A DNA stretch of 26,928 nt. It comes from a virus (taxonomy: Duplodnaviria; Caudoviricetes). This document shows positions 18,413 to 25,918 of this stretch, piece by piece. The notes under the pieces were generated by a model. It searched no databases, was not told where the DNA came from, and saw only the letters and a list, made by a program, of their open reading frames with translations. The DNA lies in the IMG/VR virus record IMGVR_UViG_3300028594_000013, positions 1 to 26,928 of that record. One strand, 5' to 3'. The first letter of the stretch is position 1, and each line of letters begins with the position of its first letter. The position numbers and the translations under genes were made by a program.

Positions 18413-19588
18413 CTATGCTCCTAAGTCACCCTCCGGTGCTTCTGCAGGAGCATCAGAAAAATCAGCAGTAATAAAGAATCCTGCGTTTTCGTCCGCTTTT
18501 TTAACATCGAAACGGAAAGCTCCCATTAAATAACGACCGTAGATGTTGTGTTGATTCCAAGATAAGTTAACATCAGCACGGTCTGCGAAGAATACTCCTC
18601 GTTTTACATCTCCGATAAATGCGTTTGCTTCTCCTTGTGCGCCTAATAAATCATCACGTACTACTGTTAGATTCATACCAAGTACTTTGTTTCCAGCAGT
18701 GTTAATGATTGAATCATTTAATAAATAACGACCATTACCATCCACTAATGTATCTAAACCTTGGTAGAAAGATTGTGAACAAATAATTTGACGGTCATAA
18801 GCAGGGTCTAAATCAACATTGATTATTTGTTTAAGATCGTTTAAACCTTTAACTGTCTTAGGTTTAAATGAAGTTAATACTGCACTAATTTTTTCATTTA
18901 AAGTATTGATTTTTTGTTCTTGAATGTTAGTTGAAACTAATTGAATCAAGTTATCAGCACTATCTGCAATTGCTTCTTCAGATAAAGGAATAGCGCCACG
19001 ATATGTGTCTACTTTCCAATCGATTTCTTCGAACTCTGGAGCAGCAAGTTCAGGGTTTTCTTTCAGTTCTTCAACGGTGTTGAATTTAGCTGTAGCACGT
19101 AACACAATAGGGTGTTTACCAGATGGATTTTTAACTGATGTTTTATTTACCAATGTTGATAAGTCTTGAACAGTTTTAATCTCATGTTCTGCAATATATG
19201 AAATTGCTTCTGGAATGATTACACCAACGTCATCAGAAATAACGTTGTCACGTTTTTCACCAGCTTTAATATAATGCGCTAAACCACGTACATATTCTTC
19301 TTTTTTACTATCTACTGCTGTTTGAATTTCAGGTTTAAATGCTCCCATTCTCGTTTCTCCCTTTTGTTCTTGTGATTTAAATTCAGGGTCATCTCCTTTC
19401 GGTTCATCCCCTTTGTCTTCTTTGTCTTTCAATCCCACTTCTTCTTCTACTTTTGTAATACGTTCATCTAATTTTTTAATTTCTTCCATTGCCTTTTTTG
19501 CTTCATCTGGTTTTTCTTCTTCAATTGCTTTATCAGCAATTTCTACTTGTTCAGCACGTAATGAACGTAACTCTTTAACGTCTTCCAT
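18413..19588 (-). CDS. Major capsid protein, HK97 fold with N-terminal delta (scaffold) domain
   Basis: Charged coiled N-terminus, VIIPE, LSEEAIADS, DGNGRYLL and FIGD motifs; ATG 19588 with GGAGG RBS. Confidence 0.95.
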   Translation of the reverse strand: MEDVKELRSLRAEQVEIADKAIEEEKPDEAKKAMEEIKKLDERITKVEEEVGLKDKEDKGDEPKGDDPEFKSQEQKGETRMGAFKPEIQTAVDSKKEEYVRGLAHYIKAGEKRDNVISDDVGVIIPEAISYIAEHEIKTVQDLSTLVNKTSVKNPSGKHPIVLRATAKFNTVEELKENPELAAPEFEEIDWKVDTYRGAIPLSEEAIADSADNLIQLVSTNIQEQKINTLNEKISAVLTSFKPKTVKGLNDLKQIINVDLDPAYDRQIICSQSFYQGLDTLVDGNGRYLLNDSIINTAGNKVLGMNLTVVRDDLLGAQGEANAFIGDVKRGVFFADRADVNLSWNQHNIYGRYLMGAFRFDVKKADENAGFFITADFSDAPAEAPEGDLGA

Positions 19589-19611
19589 CTTGAAACCTCC
19601 CAATTTTTTGC

Positions 19612-19647
19612 ATAAAAAATAGACCTACTTCAATTTGAGTAAGTCTA
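19612..19647 (-). terminator. Terminator-like hairpin overlapping the protease stop, just upstream of the capsid gene
   Basis: Minus strand TAGACTTACT-caaattga-AGTAGGTCTA-TTTTTTATG, a 10-bp stem plus T6. Confidence 0.65.
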
Positions 19648-20251
19648 ATTGCAATTTAAGTAATTCACTTCTTTTTCTTTGTTCTTCTTGCTCTTGTTCA
19701 CGTTGTCGGATTTCTTCTTGTTCCTTTTCCTTAACTTTTTCAATACTTCTCAAAGCAGGGGCAACATCCGTATCGTTGTACGCCGGATAAGTCACGATTG
19801 ATACGTCAAATAGACTTCTGATTCTGTTTAATGTTCGTTTAAACAAACCGTCATCTCGTCTTTCAACTGTGTCACCATCTTCATCAAGAACAAAACCGAA
19901 ACTACATTGGTTAATATTTCCAAGACGAATATTTTCATACAAATCACGACTATATGAAGTGTCTGGTAATCGACAACGGAAATATAAACCTTCATCATCA
20001 ACTTTAAGACTTAATGTTTCAGAAGTTGTTCGACCCAATACTTTGCTTGGATCATGGTCAATCAAACATCTAACATCTGATAAATCTGCATCTTCTAAAG
20101 CTTGTGGGTTTATAGTCTCAACAAACCCACCTAAGTCATTTGATAATGTATTAAATCGTAAAGCGTAACCTTCGACAATCATTTTTTCATTATCAACGGC
20201 TTTAATTGTTTCAGTAGAACGAAGTTCTATGTTATTCACTAATATCACCAC
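19625..20251 (-). CDS. Prohead maturation protease (HK97 family)
   Basis: VEGYALRF, FVETI, LIDHD, VLGRT, CSFGF and DVSIVTYPAY motifs. Likely start GTG 20239. Confidence 0.93.
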   Translation of the reverse strand: MVILVNNIELRSTETIKAVDNEKMIVEGYALRFNTLSNDLGGFVETINPQALEDADLSDVRCLIDHDPSKVLGRTTSETLSLKVDDEGLYFRCRLPDTSYSRDLYENIRLGNINQCSFGFVLDEDGDTVERRDDGLFKRTLNRIRSLFDVSIVTYPAYNDTDVAPALRSIEKVKEKEQEEIRQREQEQEEQRKRSELLKLQLDLLKLK

Positions 20252-21509
20252 CCTTCAATGCGTCATCGTTTGGTAATTCTTCATTATCAGGGTTTGGAGC
20301 TTGGTTATTCGTTGATGTTTTTCGTAATTGATAATCGTCAGCAACAATTGCACTGATATGGTTAAGGTCAAAGCGTGGTATAGCACCAACACCGTCTGGA
20401 TACGGCTCTCTGCCAATTTCATGACGATATTCGTCGTGCGTAATAGCGCCTTTTTCTAACTGTGTATTAAGTGTTTCAATAAACGCATCCCAATCAATCT
20501 TACGGAACGAACTACTATCGAATTTAAATTCTTTATTATAGTTATCTTTTGTTGAAATCAATTTATAATCCAATTCCGCTTCCCATGTTTTCATGTAACC
20601 ACCTAAACAGTTAGTTAAGTAGTCATTGTTTACATCTTTCAATGAAGTATTGGACAACTCTACACCGAACTTGGACAAAGGTATTTGAAAGGCTTTTGCG
20701 ATCGCTCGTGTAGGTGTTTGGTTCTTGTTGATAACCTCTAACAACGAGCTATCAATTTCCAATTGTTCGTAATCAAGGGTTGAATCAAGCACAAGCACTT
20801 TACCAGCGTTATCTTCGCCTGCGTTAGCCTTTACAAATTCATCACGTAACTTGTTTCTTGCTTCTTGGTTAAGTTTTCCGTCCTTAACTTTAAGTAATCC
20901 AGAGTTTTGACCACCATTGGCAAAGAATTTAGTAAAGAAGTTCTTAGTAAACCTTTGTGTGTCCATATCATCTTCAATAGCATCTAATACACGTAACGCA
21001 CTGATACCATCTAAAGTGAAAGGTTTAATATCAATGATATCTTTATATTCCACATCAATAGATCGATTATCTTGAGATACTTCATAGTAATATTGACCTT
21101 TTCTATCCGTTTTCAATTGAACTCGGCTAGTAGCTAAATGAGTAAGTTCACTTGCTTGTCCAGCTTTACGTTCAATATGAATATAACCATGACCAGTGAG
21201 TAATGCGTTCATCATCACTACGTATTTCAACATATAACCGTTCATATAAGAATTAGGAGTTTTGTTCAACATCATTTCCAACCTGTCTTTATCCTTATAC
21301 ACTCCATTTTCTTTTACTCTTATATCGAGCTTTGCAATATCTCGACTAAGTAATGTAACAGCAGTCCACAAGTCGCTATTTCTCAGCGCTTTATACTCGT
21401 TGTAACCCAATAATGATATTGGTATCGATTGATTTGGAAAAGCGCTTAACAAGGCGTCGTCAGACTGCGATGGTTCGACTTTTGCCCTTGTATCGTAAAA
21501 AATTCCCAT
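20232..21509 (-). CDS. Portal protein (HK97 family)
   Basis: 425 aa; PNSYM, LLTGHGY, FFANGG, NAGKVLVL and IAKAFQIP motifs. Confidence 0.95.
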   Translation of the reverse strand: MGIFYDTRAKVEPSQSDDALLSAFPNQSIPISLLGYNEYKALRNSDLWTAVTLLSRDIAKLDIRVKENGVYKDKDRLEMMLNKTPNSYMNGYMLKYVVMMNALLTGHGYIHIERKAGQASELTHLATSRVQLKTDRKGQYYYEVSQDNRSIDVEYKDIIDIKPFTLDGISALRVLDAIEDDMDTQRFTKNFFTKFFANGGQNSGLLKVKDGKLNQEARNKLRDEFVKANAGEDNAGKVLVLDSTLDYEQLEIDSSLLEVINKNQTPTRAIAKAFQIPLSKFGVELSNTSLKDVNNDYLTNCLGGYMKTWEAELDYKLISTKDNYNKEFKFDSSSFRKIDWDAFIETLNTQLEKGAITHDEYRHEIGREPYPDGVGAIPRFDLNHISAIVADDYQLRKTSTNNQAPNPDNEELPNDDALKGGDISE

Positions 21510-21543
21510 TAGTTTTAAACACCCCCTTTAAAGTTTTGATTCA

Positions 21544-21750
21544 TCACTCTGGTGGTTGTTGGGATTTCTCACCTGCAAGGATTAGAGCAATCAATATTGA
21601 TGTTGCACCGGAAACAATCAAACCTGTAACCAATCCCCATTGTATGTAACAGGCTGTATTGACAACTATTAAACCCAATAAAAAAAGCAACGGTATCAAA
21701 TTATTGATAATCGCTGCTCCTAAGAGTTTTAATTTTTTTAAAGTGTTCAT
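21544..21750 (-). CDS. Small membrane protein upstream of portal (DUF1056-like)
   Basis: 68 aa with two hydrophobic helices (LLFLLGLIVVN; GLIVSGATSILIALIL); a usual position in Firmicutes cos phages. Confidence 0.75.
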   Translation of the reverse strand: MNTLKKLKLLGAAIINNLIPLLFLLGLIVVNTACYIQWGLVTGLIVSGATSILIALILAGEKSQQPPE

Positions 21751-22148
21751 TTTTTAGCCTCCGATAGTAGATATTCGATTACCGGTATCGCTTCTTTACA
21801 ATTGTTTATTTCTAAATTGTGTCTCTTAACTCGTTTTTTAATTTCTTGCATCTGTTCTTTTAATTCGTCTCTTTCATTACGAATAGATTGTAGTTTTTCT
21901 TCATGATTTTTAATTTCACAAACAATGAAATTAGATTTACCAAAGGTATCGATAATATCATTATGAACAAATGAAGTTCTTAAATCTAAAAGTACCTCAT
22001 TTCTCGTTTTATATAACTCATTTAGATCTTTTAGTTCTCTTTCGCATCTTTCTACTCTGTATTTATCATTTTCTAATAATTGTTTGTAGTAAGAGATATC
22101 GCTTCGTAATCCTATTAATTTACCTTCATAATATTTAACTTTATTCAT
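21747..22148 (-). CDS. Hypothetical coiled-coil protein (accessory insert between terL and portal)
   Basis: 133-aa ORF with heptad pattern, ATGA overlaps at both ends and a poly-G RBS. Confidence 0.7.
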   Translation of the reverse strand: MNKVKYYEGKLIGLRSDISYYKQLLENDKYRVERCERELKDLNELYKTRNEVLLDLRTSFVHNDIIDTFGKSNFIVCEIKNHEEKLQSIRNERDELKEQMQEIKKRVKRHNLEINNCKEAIPVIEYLLSEAKK

Positions 22149-22318
22149 CTTAAACCCCCCCCCTGAGTATTAATTCGAATAGTTAACAATGTATCTTTTC
22201 CACCAGGTTTATATTCTCTTTCTACCTCGAGATCATAATCTCTTATATGACATTTCTCATAAATAACATTTTCATTTAAAAATTCTGATATATTTTCCAA
22301 CATCTCTTTTTTGTCCAT
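22145..22318 (-). CDS. Hypothetical 57-aa protein (not in ORF track)
   Basis: Manual translation MDKKEMLENISEFLNENVIYEKCHIRDYDLEVEREYKPGGKDTLLTIRINTQGGGLR; GGAG RBS overlapping the terL stop; TGA overlaps the next ATG. Confidence 0.7.
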   Translation of the reverse strand: MDKKEMLENISEFLNENVIYEKCHIRDYDLEVEREYKPGGKDTLLTIRINTQGGGLR

Positions 22319-22330
22319 TACACAACACTC

Positions 22331-24043
22331 CTAAAATCCGAAATCATCGGATAGAATATAATCTTGTAAATCTGATTCAAATTCATAACCCATAGCTTGA
22401 CTATAACCAGTTATCAAACTAACAAGGGCATCAATTTTATGTCTATTTGCTCTCTTGTCTAATATCATCATGTTATTGTTATCTGTTTTAGTAATCGCAT
22501 TACCTATAGCAAGGTTTAAGTTAGGATTGTTATTATGTTTAATACGTTTCTCAAACACATCTAATCTAAATTGTTTCAACACTGGACCAAGTGCTTTATA
22601 ATTCTGAGCAACTTCTATCAAAGGGTGTCCAGTTTCTTTTTCCATCTTAGTTACAAAATAACTTGATTCCCAAGGGTCGTAACAAATGGCTTTGACATTT
22701 AACTCGTTATCATCTATGAAATCAATCAACCAATTAACTACTTGTTCCGGATCAATGATTCCTGAACTTGCACTTGTTAACGTTGCCATATGAGTGTTAA
22801 CTAATTTCTCATAATCGATTTTGTCCCGTTTAGATTTCTCATATATTGAATTCTTAAATCCAACAAACACGTGTGAATCGACAAAATACTTTTTATCATC
22901 TAAAGGATAGATGAAAGATAAAGCTGTTAAATCCTCGCTGCGTGATAAGTCGACACCTATATAAACATCTCGGCCTTTTATGTTAAATTCTTCACTTGTA
23001 TATCCTTCTTGCCAATCATTCATTCTGATGTAAGTATCTTTACTAGCTTGTCTCCACAAGTTCATGTTCTTAACCAAGATACTGTTCAAATCGTTCTTAT
23101 CAATACCTTCTTGAACATCGTCTTGTATGTTTTCTCTTAAAACTTCTGCTATGCTTTCAACTTCCAGTAAAGGATTTGATTTTATCCAAGTAGAAGAATT
23201 GTGAATTTCTTCTTCTGAATCTTGTTCAGCACAATAAACAAAATAATTATCGTTTTTAATTTCTTTGTTCAGTAAACGTGTTATATATAGATATTCTTCA
23301 TACATAGGTACGTTTAAATCTTCACCTGCTGTGGATATGATTATTAACAATGGAGATTTCAATAATACTTGCCCTCTATTAATCGATTGCAACATATCAT
23401 TTGATTTAGCAATATGATACTCGTCAATGATACCCAAAGAATACTGTTCACCCTCTTGACTTCCTGCATCAGCGGAGGTAGCTCTTATTTCAGAACCATC
23501 AAGTAGATTATTAATGATCTTTCTACTGTCAGTTATCTTAGTATTATTTTTAGTGTATTGTGACCTAGAGTTAAGAGCTTCTAATTGTGATTTAACCATC
23601 TTGTAAGCAATAGATGCTTGGTCTCTGTTATTAGCAGTCAAACCAATCAATCTTTCTGCCCTAGGTTCTTCACCGTATAATAATTCATACAGTGCGAGAC
23701 CAGCGATAGTTAAAGTCTTACCATTCTTACGTGCCATCGACACATAAGCCTTTGTAAAACGTCTATTACCGTCAGAATCTCTCCACCCCATCAATGAACC
23801 AACAATAAAAGTTTGATATCCTGCTAGTTTCAACAATTGTCTACTCTTTGGATCAGGTAACTCACTGAAGAAATCAATTACACTGTTTGCTCTTTTATAA
23901 TCAAAGTGATAATTCAACAAAGGGTTCTTAACATCATCTAAATGTCGTTGACAGCTCTGAATGTTTTTATTACTAGCCATTATTTCACCATTGACTACTG
24001 CTTGTGCGTATTCTGTTGTATAATCTCTTTCGTAATCTATCAT
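22331..24043 (-). CDS. terL: Terminase large subunit (Terminase_1 family)
   Basis: Walker A MARKNGKT, Walker B GIIDEYH, motif III IISTAG, nuclease GVDLS..EDLTA and KIDALVS. Confidence 0.96.
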   Translation of the reverse strand: MIDYERDYTTEYAQAVVNGEIMASNKNIQSCQRHLDDVKNPLLNYHFDYKRANSVIDFFSELPDPKSRQLLKLAGYQTFIVGSLMGWRDSDGNRRFTKAYVSMARKNGKTLTIAGLALYELLYGEEPRAERLIGLTANNRDQASIAYKMVKSQLEALNSRSQYTKNNTKITDSRKIINNLLDGSEIRATSADAGSQEGEQYSLGIIDEYHIAKSNDMLQSINRGQVLLKSPLLIIISTAGEDLNVPMYEEYLYITRLLNKEIKNDNYFVYCAEQDSEEEIHNSSTWIKSNPLLEVESIAEVLRENIQDDVQEGIDKNDLNSILVKNMNLWRQASKDTYIRMNDWQEGYTSEEFNIKGRDVYIGVDLSRSEDLTALSFIYPLDDKKYFVDSHVFVGFKNSIYEKSKRDKIDYEKLVNTHMATLTSASSGIIDPEQVVNWLIDFIDDNELNVKAICYDPWESSYFVTKMEKETGHPLIEVAQNYKALGPVLKQFRLDVFEKRIKHNNNPNLNLAIGNAITKTDNNNMMILDKRANRHKIDALVSLITGYSQAMGYEFESDLQDYILSDDFGF

Positions 24044-24504
24044 TTGGCAAATCTAGCCATTGGGTCGGCTTCTTCTTTCTTATTTTCAGTAGGTGTGAAG
24101 ATTTTCATACGTGAATCAATAGTTAAACCTAACTTTGGAGCAATGGAATTAATAATATTGAAAGAATCGACCTTTACTCTATGCCATGGATTGACTTTAG
24201 AACCTCTTTCAGTAAAAGTCACCGTTTCTCCACTTGCTAGTTCAACTGTTGCACGTTGGTAATCAGAATACGCTTGACAATATGCAGAAACCAATGCTAA
24301 GTCCAAACTAGCGATGGGTAGTTCTTGTAACAGAGGGATTATTCTGTTATACTCCTTCTTAGCGGTACCATCTAACCAATCTGGAGGATTTACTTCCAAT
24401 GGTTCCAACTCTTGCATGGATTTTTCCGCAGTTTTCTTATCTTCTTGCTGTTTAACAGTGAGGTTCCCTTTATTCTCTGCTAGTAATTTCAAATTTCTTC
24501 CCAT
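24040..24504 (-). CDS. terS: Terminase small subunit (P27 family)
   Basis: PPDWLD..AKKEY, YCQAYS, VNPW and KLGLTIDSR motifs; AAGGAGG RBS; directly upstream of terL. Confidence 0.93.
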   Translation of the reverse strand: MGRNLKLLAENKGNLTVKQQEDKKTAEKSMQELEPLEVNPPDWLDGTAKKEYNRIIPLLQELPIASLDLALVSAYCQAYSDYQRATVELASGETVTFTERGSKVNPWHRVKVDSFNIINSIAPKLGLTIDSRMKIFTPTENKKEEADPMARFAK

Positions 24505-24529
24505 GTTTTTAACCTCCTTTGCTAAAAAA

Positions 24530-24755
24530 TGATTTAAATAGTACGCAATTTTACCTTTATTTCTAGAATCGCACTCGAGTAATGGTATCGGGTCGGTTTT
24601 TGTCCCGTTTAAGTTTCACCCGTCAAAAGTGTTGTCCCCTTACTCCCACAAGGGATTTGAAGATTTTTATTTTCAATTTCAAATTAAAAAGGCGCCCGAA
24701 TAATTTTTAATGGGACGTGTCGTGTTCAATACCCGTATATTAAATAGTGTGGGTA
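24530..24755. other. Putative cos / packaging-initiation region
   Basis: Non-coding HNH-terS spacer, where cos lies in staphylococcal cos phages, with repeated CGGG/CCCG motifs. The exact cosN was not determined. Confidence 0.5.
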
Positions 24756-25169
24756 TTATTTTTGTTCGTCTTTTACTTTATTAGACAATCTGTTTTCTTT
24801 CTCCCTAATAGTTTTAATGTTGTGACAAGCATGACATAAAGGTTCAAGATTATCTTGATCTAATCTTCTATCCCAATCATCTCTAAGCTCTGCTATATGG
24901 TCGACCACATCAGCCTTGGTGTATGACCCATTGCGTAAGCACTCTTGGCATAAGGTATCATGACGTAACATGCTCGAACGTCTTGCATCCTTCCATTCCT
25001 TACTATTGTAGAATGTTATATACAATGAATCTCTTTCATATCTAAATGAATCATAATTCTTTTTATATTCTTTCTTTAATTCTTTATGTTCATCACAATA
25101 ACTTTCATTAAAGTTTATCAATTGATTACAATTAATCTTATTACATTTCTTCTTTGGAATATGAATCAA
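24756..25169 (-). CDS. HNH endonuclease, terminase accessory (HK97 gp74-like)
   Basis: FYNSKEWK..R, CQEC, VVDHI, NLEPLCHACHNIKT; adjacent to terS. Confidence 0.92.
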   Translation of the reverse strand: MIHIPKKKCNKINCNQLINFNESYCDEHKELKKEYKKNYDSFRYERDSLYITFYNSKEWKDARRSSMLRHDTLCQECLRNGSYTKADVVDHIAELRDDWDRRLDQDNLEPLCHACHNIKTIREKENRLSNKVKDEQK

Positions 25170-25418
25170 CTTCTTTCACAAACATAATCATTTGATTAAA
25201 CAAATAGATTGAATAATCTTTCATCACATTTGTTATTAGTTTGTTATCAAAGATAGAACAAAAGTTTGTATTAATATTGAACAACATAATGTTCCATCAA
25301 TGAATAACAAATACTTATTCAATTGTTATATGTTTCTTACTGATCATCTTCATTAGTATGTGTTACCCTCGTCTATCTCTTAAACTAACTGGGTCAGTGT
25401 GGAAGCATTAACCAGTAA

Positions 25419-25555
25419 GGTATATAGGTATGACCATTAAGGTATCAACCCTATAGGTATAAAGGTTACAGGTACAAAGGCTATCGGTACATAAGCCTGA
25501 CCTATAAACCCTGCACCTACAACCACGCACCTATTCACCGCCACCTCATAAGCCT
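25419..25555. repeat. Inverted array of imperfect 14-15-bp tandem repeats (GGTA cores facing ACCT cores)
   Basis: GGTA at 25427, 25441, 25456, 25471, 25486 (extra copy at 25419); ACCT at 25500, 25515, 25529, 25543. Example units: ctataggtataaagg, ttacaggtacaaagg, ctatcggtacataag. Confidence 0.7.
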
Positions 25556-25604
25556 GTAGTATATAGTGTGTGTCCTTATCTCTGCGGCGTATGAACACGT
25601 GCAT

Positions 25605-25636
25605 ATAAAAAGACACACCATATGAATGATGTGCCT
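25605..25636 (-). terminator. Intrinsic terminator about 300 nt downstream of the putative late promoter
   Basis: Minus strand AGGCACATCA-ttcata-TGGTGTGTCT-TTTTAT, a 10-bp stem plus U tract. Confidence 0.75.
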
Positions 25637-25912
25637 CATTTACGAGTGACTAGCTCGTTAGTAATAAATCAAGAATGTACGTTGTTAGATACTGGACTGG
25701 AAGAAGTCACCAGCCGGGACCAACTATTACCCACGGTATCTCTCGTGTTCTTTAAAGGTACAATTAGCGTTTTTAAGCCTATTCGATACCCAGGACAATA
25801 TGTCCGTACTAGCAATGCAGTATTAATTTTACCCTCTGTCCCACAAGACCGAGCATAATATAGTATTACAATCAAATTTAAAAACCATTCACATATGGGT
25901 ATAATTCTTTAC
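25605..25912 (-). ncRNA. Putative structured late-leader RNA (~300 nt)
   Basis: Bounded by a promoter-like element and a terminator; several hand-paired stems; GC about 41% (98/240 in 25621-25860) versus about 22% in 25201-25320; no ORF with a credible RBS. Confidence 0.5.
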
Positions 25913-25918
25913 TCTAAT

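Noticed and set aside
16370-18430. Major capsid and major tail proteins both end in acidic residues plus LGA-stop
   Set aside because: Three-residue match with different codons, plausibly chance or RBS-like constraint; no mechanism supported.
24686-24718. Terminator after HNH
   Set aside because: Stem of only 5-6 bp with a 14-nt loop; more likely part of the cos-region repeats.
25330-25360. Hammerhead-like CTAATGA...GAAAC on the minus strand
   Set aside because: The core deviates from CUGANGA and stem II cannot be formed.
25419-25555. CRISPR array or mini-array
   Set aside because: Units are 14-15 bp, degenerate, lack unique spacers and invert midway; no cas genes.
25686-25742. Cloverleaf-like fold (AGATAC...GTATCT) suggesting a tRNA
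   Set aside because: Too short, no T-psi-C (GTTCRA) loop, no proper anticodon arm or terminal CCA.
25622-25875. ORFs 25669-25875 (-) and 25622-25858 (+) in the late leader
   Set aside because: No SD-like sequence and no protein-like motifs; the region is better explained by RNA stems. Not fully excluded.
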